A DNA stretch of 63,240 bases, the filler included, from Pirum gemmata (taxonomy: Eukaryota): NCBI GenBank assembly GCA_002812295.1. It is 29 parts of 29 records of this genome, joined end to end, with 100 filler letters (N's around TTAATTAATTAA, not from the genome) between each part and the next. Parts side by side here need not be neighbours in the genome. Positions count along the whole stretch, not along the records: positions 49,707 to 52,948 come from PDIN01009726.1; positions 53,049 to 55,021 come from PDIN01009727.1; positions 55,122 to 57,064 come from PDIN01009728.1; positions 57,165 to 59,137 come from PDIN01009729.1; positions 59,238 to 61,210 come from PDIN01009730.1; positions 61,311 to 63,240 come from PDIN01009731.1; 23 more parts are not named here. The stretch is one strand, 5' to 3'. The notes beneath the pieces are model-generated. The model had not been told where the DNA came from. It made no database searches and saw nothing but the letters and a program-made list of their open reading frames with translations. A program made the translations under genes and the position numbers. This document shows, piece by piece, positions 52,321 through 63,240 of this stretch; the first letter of the stretch is position 1, and every line of letters starts with the position of its first letter.

Positions 52321-52759
52321 GTCGCAAGCTAATGCATGGCGCTTTCCCGATGTTATTATGAAAAAGGAAATTAGAGCCAGAGCTCACCGAAAAGGTTTGA
52401 TGATAATCCACAACATTATATTATTAAAAGTTTGGGTTAGGGTTAGGGTTAGGGTTAGGGTTAGGGTTAGGGTTAGGGTTAGGGTTAGGGTTAGGGTTAG
52501 GGTTAGGGTTAGGGTTAGGGTTAGGGTTAGGGTTAGGGTTANNNNNNNNNNNNNNNNNNNNNNNNNNNNNNNNNNNNNNNNNNNNNNNNNNNNNNNNNNN
52601 NNNNNNNNNNNNNNNNNNNNNNNNNNNNNNNNNNNNNNNNNNNNNNNNNNNTTTTTATAACGATTTGTTTTTTTTTTTTTTTTTTAGAGTCCTCTCTATC
52701 TAATTTATTTTCCCATAAAGTTGGCGAAACAATTGAAGCTTTTGATGTCAAAGACAACG
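52321..52759 (+). CDS. Two small exons (52321-52394, 52688-52759), the second starting a Tudor/Agenet-like domain
   Basis: SQANAWRFPDVIMKKEIRARAHRK|ESSLSNLFSHKVGETIEAFDVKDNG; VGxxxEAxD..G(W) pattern; phases match each other. Confidence 0.5.
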
Positions 52760-53164
52760 GTATTAAAAACATTAACTATCTATATCACTAAACCTTGCAT
52801 CTATACTAATTCCAACATTAACCGACAATTTAAACATCAAGAGTAGATAGTATTTAATTTAAAAAACTTATCCGTTAAAAAAGTAGAGATGCATCTCTAA
52901 CCCCTAACCCTTACCCCAACCCCTAACCCACAGACCCTAACCCCTAACNNNNNNNNNNNNNNNNNNNNNNNNNNNNNNNNNNNNNNNNNNNNTTAATTAA
53001 TTAANNNNNNNNNNNNNNNNNNNNNNNNNNNNNNNNNNNNNNNNNNNNATAATAAAAGTACCATAAAAAGTCAATTAATAACCAAATTACGTTTATGTAT
53101 GTGTCTGTGAAGTGTGTGTGTGTGTGTTCGTGGTGTGTTTGTTTGTTAATATATATAATATATA

Positions 53165-53356
53165 TCGTGCTTTTCAGTTGTTTTGTCATCATAAAATATA
53201 CAATAAAGAGTACCGAATTAATACAATACAAATTCATTTCATTTAATTTGGTATATTTTATTATCCATTTATTCATTTAAATTAACAATGTCAGTTTTAA
53301 AAAATTATAACCCACCAAATAAATATTCGGAGTGACAAAATAAATGAGAAGCACGA
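53165..53356 (-). mobile_element. MITE family A full copy with TA flanks
   Basis: TA|TCGTGCTTTTCA...TGAGAAGCACGA|TA. Confidence 0.9.
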
Positions 53357-53621
53357 TAATGATTTAAATTTGATTGTCGTTCGGCTTTATTAACTTGTTA
53401 TACTTTTCATAATATTAACACAATATATATCATAGTCTTTGATTAGCAATTGTATTGTTCTTTTGATGTAGAAATATTGGTTTTTTTAACTTTTTTTCCT
53501 AATATTATGGCCTTATAGTCGTTGTTATGGATGTTGTTGGCGTTGTCGTTTATGTTGGAATTTTTAAAAACGTAATTCTGTTTAGTTTAGTTAGACTACT
53601 AAAGTCTAGACCTAGTCTACT

Positions 53622-53850
53622 TCGTGTTTTTCAATAGTAACACATGTTGTCCAGTTCAAAAACAAGTACTGGAATAAACGTACCAAATTATTATTATGGT
53701 TCAACAGCTGTTAAACTATCACAGACATGCATGTTTTAATTAATTTTGTATTTTATAATTAATGTTGTATTTTATAAATAAGTTTAATAATAAATGTAAA
53801 CATTACCAAATTAAAGATTAAGAGGAAAACTGCAATGAATTAGATGATAG
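53622..53850 (+). mobile_element. MITE family B copy
   Basis: Starts TCGTGTTTTTCAATA; interior as 60083-60272. Confidence 0.75.
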
Positions 53851-54476
53851 TTTACTAATTTAGAGCTACTAATTAAAATCCTGTAGGGCCAATGTAGGGT
53901 GCCTTTCTAAACAGCCTAATAAACCGCATCTTTTCTTTTCTAAAAACCTTTTTACTAGTCTAGTCAAATTATTTATAGAAACTGGCCACTGGAACAGAGT
54001 TTTCTTCTTAGACTAGTTAGAAATACGATTTGGTACAGCGAGCGATTTGGCTAGAGCGATTTGGTAGTACTTTCATTGAAAGTGGATCATTTTGAGAATT
54101 TTATATGTAATATTATGTACAGCCACGTCATGAGGCCTCCGTCATGTCGCCATTTTTATCCGGCTTGGTAAGTTGGTAACTTGGTATGCAGTTTTTTCAT
54201 ACTAACCCAGATAAAAATGACGATTTCTTAGATAAAAAGGATTATTTAGTCAGTTATTGGACGATTTCTCAAATTTGCTCACCACCAATTTCTTGTATGA
54301 TATCCCGATTTCCTAATCCTAACCAGTCCTAATCCTACATTAAAAAATTAAAGGATTTTCTGTCGGATTTTGCTCGGATCTTGCAATTTTTGAGTCAATA
54401 ATCTCACAGCTCACTGAGCTCATATGCCCATTGTTTATCTCCACCTATGGCATATATCGTATCATAACTGTATCAT

Positions 54477-54527
<51 letters not shown>

Positions 54528-55715
54528 AAGAACTCATCCAAACTTTATTGGTGCGTTTTACCTAATAAAGAAGACATTTTTCCAAATATGTAGTCTCTTA
54601 AAATGCACATGTTTTACAAAAATGATGCGTTAAGTAATTATCTAAATCTTGATGGGTGCAATATTGAATGGCATTAACAATTTGTATCACTTTGCACTCG
54701 CCTAGACATGTATGCCCGATTTCGCAACTGTCTAGTAGCTAGTAGTAAAACTCTGTCTAGCTAGAGTAAGTCTAGCTAGTAGCTACTAGCTAGCTAGCTA
54801 GGTAGAGTATGTTAGCTGAGTATGTTAGTAGCACTAGTCTAGCTAGCTAGAGGTTAGTAGCAAGTACAGCCAACTATTCTACAATACATATTTAGTGCTA
54901 TTTTGTCATCATAAATTATACAATAAATAGTACCAAATCAAAACAATATAAATCCATTTAATTTAATTTGGTATATTTTATTATCTATGTATTGATTTAA
55001 AAATGCCGATTTAAATATTATNNNNNNNNNNNNNNNNNNNNNNNNNNNNNNNNNNNNNNNNNNNNTTAATTAATTAANNNNNNNNNNNNNNNNNNNNNNN
55101 NNNNNNNNNNNNNNNNNNNNNAAATAAATAAATAAATAAATAAATAAATAAAAAAGGTGGAACAGTAGGTTACAGTTATATAGTTAAATTAAAGTTGTAT
55201 TTTGTTGATTTATTTCATAATACTTTTTCATAATACTTTGATGAAGGGGTTTTCTTGTTTCTTGTTTTTTGTGATTTTTGATTATTGTATGTTTTGATTT
55301 ATTATGTTTTTGTTTATTTTGGGGGTTATTGAGTATTCTGTGCACGTGGGTATGTTGTTGGATAGTGTGATAGATATTAATTAGGTGGTGGTCAAAAATT
55401 GGTTTTAGAGTTACGTTGTTGATTGGTGATTCTATTATTTTTATGTTTAGTAGTTTGTTTATGAGTGATCTGTTTATGAAAATGTAGTCTAATCTAGGTT
55501 GTTTTATTATTGTTTGATTTAAATTATTTGTTGTTTTGTATGTGTGGGTGTTGATATTTTCTATTTCACATCTTTCGTTGTGTGTAAAGGGAACAATTGT
55601 ATGTTTTGGATTTGTGTTGTTATTTTGTTTTTTTCTTTATGGTTTAGGAGTATAATATATACACCGTAGAGAGTATGCCATGTACACAACAACAACTCAG
55701 GACGAAACAAGGGTA

Positions 55716-55903
55716 TACTGTTTTTCCGTTGTTTTGTTATCATAAAAATATACAATAAAGAGTACCAAATTAATACAATATAAATCCATTTCATTTAATT
55801 TGGTATTTTATATTATCTATTTATTCCTTTAAAACAGTGCCAATTAAAAAATTATAACCAACCAAATAAATATTTGGAGTGACGAAATAAATGAAAAGCG
55901 CTA
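55716..55903 (-). mobile_element. MITE family A copy inserted at the start of a Copia relic
   Basis: Interior matches 53165-53356; degenerate TIRs. Confidence 0.8.
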
Positions 55904-55904
55904 T

Positions 55905-56830
55905 CTATAGAAATAATGGCAGAAATAATGGTCGGAATAATACCGGCAATAATAATAACAGCAATATTAATAATAATAACGGTAATAACAATAATATAAT
56001 GGTGGACAAAATAATAGACAACGAAATTGCTAAGGGTGTGGGTAAAACAATCATTCTGCCCGTAATAACAATAATGGAAATAATAACAATAATGGTGGAC
56101 AAAATAATAGACAACGAAATTGCTAAGTTTGTGGATACAACGTTAACAATCATTCTACCCGAGATTGTAAATATAAAGAGAAAGTACAAGCTTTTAAGAT
56201 TATGAAAAAGCTTTGAAAGAAAGAAACTCTTGATAAGTTGCCAGCTGAAGAGAATAATTTAAAATATAATTGTTTCGTTGTATCTCATGCATTGAATTAA
56301 CTATTAACAATATGCGTGTAAATAGCGTAGAATTTGAATCTGATAATGAATCTGATAATGAAGTTATGGTAATATAACTGAAATTTATAATTCTAATCCT
56401 AATGGTAGTGATGATGATGATGATGATAATTCATTAAATCTTAACATTAAAATATAAGTAATATCAATACCAATGTATTTGATCCTAACCCTAACCCTAA
56501 CCCTAACCCGTAAACCATAATCCCTAATCCTATAGCTATATATAGCTAATCCTATTAATACCTATCATGCTATTAATATCATACCCTATATAATACATAA
56601 TGGAAATTTAAAATTGGAAACAACAATACAATCAAAGCAGAATCCCAACCGTGGCAAATTGGCAATCGAACTTTGTGTTTGTGTGATATACCAATATAAT
56701 AAGTTTGCAATTTCACGCTGTTTAGCACCAGGGTTGCTGCCAGCTTATTGGTAGTGAATTTAGTGAAGTAACAATGTTTATCTATATTTAGTATTTACCC
56801 CACAGACACTTACCCCCAGTCCCCCACTTA
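55905..56830 (+). pseudogene. Heavily decayed Copia-like retrotransposon (gag zinc knuckles, integrase remnant)
   Basis: C*GCG*NNHSAR and C*VCGYNVNNHSTRDC knuckle-like motifs; later NRTL...RCLAPGLLPAYW/SE...YLPH resembles the Copia integrase C-terminus. Confidence 0.55.
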
Positions 56831-57820
56831 GTAAATAAAGTTAGTAAAGTAGGGGTGAGATATCTACTGGAACTTTTTTCGAACAGATGCTTATCGAGCC
56901 AACCTTAGTTCCGTGTTGCTTACTAATAATAGCAGTTAAATGGCTTAAAATAGTAAATATAATTAGTAGATATCAATTAAAGTAATATTATTAACATTAA
57001 TAGTAATAAAAACCATAAAATCGGAAAAGTTCCGGCAGCTGTTCGGTAATATTAAAATGACGTCNNNNNNNNNNNNNNNNNNNNNNNNNNNNNNNNNNNN
57101 NNNNNNNNTTAATTAATTAANNNNNNNNNNNNNNNNNNNNNNNNNNNNNNNNNNNNNNNNNNNNCTATGACTAAACTAAAGGTATCATAGCTAGGACATG
57201 ACTAGCTAGTTAGCTCTAGTAGTATCGATAGCTATGACTAAACTAAAGGTATCATAGCTTATTTCAATCTTGAAATCTATTACATGGGAAGCATTGCGAC
57301 CACCTTCCCTTTATTGTGACTCTATTAATAAATAAATATTTAATTAAAGCATCAAATTTTGCTTTATTAAATTTATTTGAATACATTTTATAATTTTTTT
57401 CATTTACTTATCAATTAATAAAAAGAATTACCACTTTTATTATTACTACTAATATTACTACTCATCTATTATTATTATAATGTATGATAGCAGTCATTAG
57501 CAGATAACGAATTTAAAATCCCCAGTAGTTAGCATAGCTAGTTAGCTATTGATAGTAGTAATAGATTACATAATTGTATTCATATCGATACCTACTCATT
57601 TTAGCAATAGATGAGAATATTAATTTTCCACCTCATCTATATCGTTATTCGTATTATCTAAAAGCAAATCAGTAATTGTTTGATTTTGTTCCGTTGTACG
57701 TTGAGAAGGTTTTTATATTGTTAATAATATTGTTGTAAATAATGTTAGATTTTTCATTTTAAAAGCAGCTGTTCTTTGCATTCCTGAATACCATTTTTTT
57801 TATAAATGGGGTGGGGAATG

Positions 57821-57856
<36 letters not shown>

Positions 57857-58625
57857 AAAATTAATATTATCTCACTATTATCTCTACTATCGATAGTATT
57901 AAAAAGTATTTAATTAATTAAAGGGTAGCTATCATAGAATATTATTTGTAATTATGATACATATACGATATTATTATCGATATATGATAAATAAGTCAAT
58001 TTATCATCGACATACCGTCTCTCTACTCTAGAGACTGCAATTTTTTTAAACTTTTTCGGGTACGGTGCGCACATTGCGCAGGGTGTTCCACTTGGTGGGG
58101 GGGGTCTAATAATGCGAAATTTCTCTTTTGATGAAGAGTATAGCTAAGTATACAACTACATGTGGCGAACGGAGTGGAGTGTTCAGTTCAGTAACATCAT
58201 TATGTTACATATCATAAAATAATTAATTCCACTATCATACTAGATTAATTCAGTATCAATAGTGTATTAATAGTGTATTAATAGCTGTATTAATAGTGTA
58301 TTAATTCAATTAATTATTAAAATTGGCTCCCTTTGCACAAGTTTGCAGCAGTGACATAGTCTACCTAGCTAGCTAGCTAGCTAGCTAGTAGTCTGGTCTT
58401 AGAGCTACGGATAAGACTGCCGAAAACCATTATAGACTAGTAATAGTATCATAGTTGTGATAGACCCCCATCTACCAGTAGTTAGTCTACTACTAAGACT
58501 AAGTACTATTATTATTACTATATCTTATCTCAATTTTGAGATTTTTTGGATTTTTGTTGGAGTGGATAGCTCATATATTGGTGTGCTGTTACATTTTCAT
58601 TGATAAAAAAAAATTCCAGACTCTT

Positions 58626-58874
58626 TTTTTTTAACAGCCAAGTCGGATAAAACTGTAGAAATCATCCTTTTTTATTGACTACTTTTCTAAAACCTTTAAT
58701 AGTAACTAGCCAAATATTTTTTAAAAACTAGCCATTGGTTCATAATAGAGTTTTTTTACTTAGACAATTTCTCAAAATTTGGTAGTACTTTTATTAACAT
58801 TGGATCATTTTGAGATTTTGGATTTTATTTTTGAGCTCATATGGCGGATGTCGCCATTTTTATCCGGCGTGGTA

Positions 58875-58880
<6 letters not shown>
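58626..58880 (-). mobile_element. MITE family C full copy (TIR ~TTTTAAC..CCA.G.CGGATAAAA)
   Basis: ~24-bp imperfect TIRs; other copies at 53935-54170, 60957-61200, 61620-61866. Confidence 0.85.
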
Positions 58881-58915
<35 letters not shown>

Positions 58916-59306
58916 GATCCGTAGTTGAAGTGATATCCACTGGTAATCCTTACTGCAAATAATCAGCGTGAACTCTACAGTAATTAGCTGTTTTTTTTGT
59001 TTTTTTAAATTCTGGTGCGAATACATTACCATATTTGTTTTAAACTATCCCAAATATAGAGCTTTTCTTACATATATAGGGATAGAATACTATGTAACTT
59101 TTTTTTTTTTATTTTTTTTAATTTTTTTTTTTTTTTTNNNNNNNNNNNNNNNNNNNNNNNNNNNNNNNNNNNNNNNNNNNNTTAATTAATTAANNNNNNN
59201 NNNNNNNNNNNNNNNNNNNNNNNNNNNNNNNNNNNNNGATCATTATTGTGAGATTTTTTGGGTTTTTGAGCTCAGATGGCGGATGTCAAACAAAAATAAT
59301 AAATAA

Positions 59307-59358
<52 letters not shown>

Positions 59359-60082
59359 ATTAATTAATACTTGATCGCTATTATTATTGCATTAGAATTT
59401 AAATCTGTATTAATTTGCTAATTTTATTATTAATAATTATAATTACTATTAATATTACTATCAATAATATACTATAATATTTTAATATATAATATTACTA
59501 GTACTATATATTATATTACTATCATAAAATTACTATCATAATTACTATTACAATATTAATAATATTACTATTGCAATTATTATTATTATTATTATTATTA
59601 CCACTATCATATAATTAATACATGTAATTATAACTATAGCTAATACTAGGGAAAGTTTCGAACTAGTATCGATTCGATAGTTTTCCTTCATCTCCCTAAT
59701 ACTATTACCATTACTATTAATATTACGATTAATATTATATTATTATTATATAGTTACTAGTACTGTTACTATTACTATTATTATTACTATTAATATTACG
59801 TGTATAATATTGATATTACTAGTACTATTATTACTATTACTATTATTAATAATTACTATATTAATATTGCTATTACTATCATGTATACTAGTACTATATT
59901 ACTACATTATTACTATAAATTTATTATTATTATTAATATTATTATTATTATTGCTATCATATTATTATTACTATTACTATTGCTATAACTATAACTATTA
60001 CTATTTATAATTACAATTATTAATTAATACAGTATAATATATTTTCATTCTGTTACCTTTGCTCACTGTTACTGTACTATAA

Positions 60083-60272
60083 TCGTGTTTTTCAATAGCA
60101 TTGTCCAGTTCAAAAACTGAAATAAATTTAAACGTACAAATTATTATTATCGGGCATGTTTTAATTATTTTGGTATTTTATACTTAACGTTTCATTTTAT
60201 AAACAAGTTCAATTATACACTTAAACAGTGCCAAATTAAAGATTGAGAGGACAACTGTAATGGAATAGACGA
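60083..60272 (+). mobile_element. MITE family B full copy
   Basis: TCGTGTTTTTCAA...TGGAATAGACGA|TA. Confidence 0.8.
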
Positions 60273-60294
60273 TACTGTTATAAATTAATGTTAC

Positions 60295-60558
60295 GTATAC
60301 TACCAGTAAAAAATCCGAAGATAGAGTTGAATATAGAGGAATATTTTTGTCAATTAAGACACTTAGATTGGTATTTCAAACTCTTTACTCGACATCTGGA
60401 TAAACATTTTTTTTGAGCAAAATAAATGATCAAAAAAAAATATCGATTCAAACGATGGTTTTTAAAAGTCTAAAAATACCAATCTAGATGTCTTAGTTGA
60501 CAAAAATACCCTTCTAGATTCAATTTCATCTTCAGATTTTTCCATGTTCACGTATACT
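60295..60558. mobile_element. Foldback element with ~90-bp imperfect inverted arms
   Basis: aaaaatccgaagat...tatttttgtcaattaagacacttagattggtattt versus the reverse complement of 60465-60545. Confidence 0.75.
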
Positions 60559-61310
60559 GATACCTTTTCTATCACTGTTATTGTAATTTTTATTTTTATT
60601 ACTACTACAACAATCACTTTCAGTGTTACTTTCAACAACACTATGATCACTATTACTATCATTAGGGTTAAGGTTAAGGTTAAGGTTAAAATTGAAAGGT
60701 TAGCTATAGGGTTAGGGCTAGGGTTAGGGTTAGGGTTAGGGTTATAATTAAGGTTAAGGTTAAGGTTAAGGTTAAGGTTAAAAGGTTAGAGTTAGGGTTA
60801 AGGTTAAGGTTAGGGTTAAGGTTAGGTTAAGGTTAAGAAGGTAGGGTTAAGGTTAGGGTTATGGGTCAGGGTTAGGGCTAGCTAGGGTTAGGGTTAGGGT
60901 TAGGGTTAGGGTTTTGGCTTATCTCTTTTTTTCGGTCCTGTTTAATAAACTGTTTTATAATTAACTACCAAAGTCGGATAAAAATAGCAACATCCGCCAT
61001 ATCATATGAGCTCAAAAATCCAAAAAATCTCAAAATGATCCAATTTTAATGAAAGTACTACCAAACTTTGAGATATCGTCTGACTAATAAGACTCTATTA
61101 TGAACCAATGGCCAGTTTTTAAAAATAATTTGGCTATAGTTAGTTATCATAAAAAAAGGTTTTTAATTAAGAAAATAAAAAATGATTTCTACAGTTTTTC
61201 TTAAAACTATNNNNNNNNNNNNNNNNNNNNNNNNNNNNNNNNNNNNNNNNNNNNTTAATTAATTAANNNNNNNNNNNNNNNNNNNNNNNNNNNNNNNNNN
61301 NNNNNNNNNN

Positions 61311-61345
<35 letters not shown>

Positions 61346-62158
61346 GTAATAATAAAAACAATAATATTTAAAAAATAATAATAATATCAATCACAAGATA
61401 AATATAATAATAACAGACTTATCATACAAATAAAAAAAGGCCTGTATTTCGAGTTGGATTTTCGAATTTCTGATTATTTCAGTTTTTGTTTTTGTCATTT
61501 TTTTCCATAATAGAATTAAGAGTAATAAATGACGTCTTTATTTAATAATTATTATTCTCAAACAGCCCCCTCTTTTTTTTTTCTTAAACTTGGTCAGTGA
61601 GTGAGCTTGGTAGTCTTTTTTTTTTTAACTAACAAACCGGATAAAAATGGCGACATCCGCTATATGAGGTCAAAATCCAAAAACATCAAAATAATCCAAT
61701 TTAAATAAAAGTACTACCAAATGTTTTAGAATTTCTCTCACTGAAAAACTCTATTATGAACCAATAGCTTGTTTTTAAAAATAATATAGCTAATTATTAT
61801 TAAAGGTTTTTAGAAAAGAATTCTAAAAAAAAAAATTTCTACAGTTTTATCCTTGGCTGTAAAAAAATAAAAATAAATTCATCTTTGAAAAGCTTAGCGT
61901 AAGTTGGTTTGTGGAGGAGATTTATAATAATTAGGAGCATAGGGTTATCAATAGCAAATTAAATTAAATTTTTATAATAGGGTTTAAGGTTAGGGTTAGG
62001 GTTATAAATTTGAGTTATCATAGGGTTAGGGTAATAGGGTTAGGGTTAGGGTTTCAGTAGCTGTTTCAGTCTAGTCCACTAATCTAATAATACGGCTCAG
62101 ACTATACCACTAATAGCATATCTTTCATATATAATAATAATTTCTCAGAATAAAGTAT

Positions 62159-62596
62159 TGTGCTTTTCATTTATTTTGTCACTCTAAATATTTATTTGGA
62201 GGGTTATAATCTTTAAATTGACATTTTTAAATCAATACATAGATAATAAAATACTACCGTGGAGTGGGCCGTTTATATCGATATATAGCTGTTTTAAGAA
62301 AGCCTACGGTACAGTGGTAGGTGTTCAAATATAGACTTTAGAAATTTATCAATAATATAATACATTAATTTTAATTAGAGTATTAATATTAATACTTTTC
62401 AGTTGCTTTGTCATCATAAAATTTAATATACAATAAATAGTATAATACCAATTGCAAATTAATTAATATAATATAAATCCATTTAAAAATTCAATTTGAT
62501 ACATTTATTATCTATATATTGATTTAAAAATGTCAATTTAAATATTATAACCCTCCAAATAAATATTCAGAGTGACAAAATAAATGAAAAGCACGA
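62159..62596. mobile_element. Family A MITE fragments in opposite orientations (62159-62252 partial, 62392-62596 near-full); another partial at 63182-63240
   Basis: gtgcttttcatttattttgtcactc and gagtgacaaaataaatgaaaagcacga ends. Confidence 0.8.
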
Positions 62597-63240
62597 TAGC
62601 TGATATTTTAATAGTTGTTATATATATTATAATTTATTATATATGTAAAATTGAATTTCTCAAAGATTTCAATATAAATTATTTTTTTACGTATTTTGAT
62701 CTTGTAATTTTGATCTTGTAATTTTTATAATAAATATTTTTTTATTATTTTTACATTAGTTTTGTTATTAAAATATTAATACTATGTATTATTTATAATT
62801 AGTTAGATTACACCGAAGAGTTGGTAACATGTTGGAGCACTTGAGGTAGTAATTAAAGTACTAGTAGTGATCATGATGCAATTGGAACTTGGAATAAATA
62901 GAAACCGGAACCAGAAATAATCTTTATATTAATAATTATAAAATTTAATATACTATTAATATATTAATATTATATTTCTAAAGTCCAGACAGAATTCGAA
63001 CATTTATCACTTTTTATCGCATAAAGTGTCTATTTATTATATAGTGATATAGTGATATTATTATGTGTCGAACTATTATAATATGAATTTGAAATCCAAG
63101 CGAAAATTTCGATTGTTGATGATTATTCTAGATGATTATTATCGGAATTAAGCTTGTGTAATAATATATAATGTAAATATCTGAATATTTATTTGGAGGG
63201 CTATAATCTTTAAATTGACATTTTTAAATCAATACATGGA

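Larger units (their letters stand above)
3324..61310. other. 28 artificial contig spacers (N44-TTAATTAATTAA-N44), e.g. cores at 3368, 5839, 7914, 9923, 11998 ... 59182, 61255
   Basis: Identical 12-mer with stops in all six frames, flanked by N runs of fixed length, recurring about every 2 kb. Confidence 0.98.

Noticed and set aside
16908..56130. In-frame TAA codons in several relic ORFs suggesting TAA=Gln recoding or RIP-like mutation
   Set aside because: Intact genes end in TAA (RPL17, amine oxidase) and use CAA for Gln; TAA is the expected nonsense codon in AT-biased decay, and the sample is too small to claim RIP.
58050..58195. GC-rich island with TGCGCA..TGCGCA hairpin as tRNA or Helitron end
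   Set aside because: No cloverleaf or A/B boxes, and no CTRR at the expected spacing.
3324..61310. Regularly spaced TTAATTAATTAA repeats as a biological array, and gene neighbourhoods across them
   Set aside because: Fixed N padding and six-frame stops mark an artificial concatenation linker.

Overview
This is not one locus. It is about 29 unrelated, mostly ~2-kb contigs joined by an artificial 100-nt spacer (N44-TTAATTAATTAA-N44), so neighbours across spacers carry no biological meaning. The DNA is from a very AT-rich, microsatellite-rich, intron-containing eukaryote with the standard code and TTAGGG-type repeats; an opisthokont or unicellular-holozoan-like source is my inference only. Recognisable gene fragments: RPL17/uL22, SYF1/XAB2 (two exons in swapped order), an LRR/Cys-rich surface protein, an equilibrative nucleoside transporter, a possible bHLH factor, a diatom-type GH19-like chitinase, a frameshifted 7TM protein, a probable GPI-anchored protein, a secreted flavin amine oxidase, 6-phosphogluconate dehydrogenase, an AAAP amino-acid transporter, and candidate Tudor-like, RUN-like and Bro-N-like exons. 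The highlight is a eukaryotic IS607-type element (31320-32559): a serine-recombinase TnpA overlapping the N-terminal half of a TnpB/Fanzor2-like ORF, apparently decaying, with a structured stem-loop upstream. Also present: two Copia relics (one enclosed by TIRs), a SWIM-domain transposon relic, about six MITE/foldback families, telomere-repeat-filled introns and repeated local 'echo' duplications of exons. All homology calls are motif recognition by eye; no searches were run.
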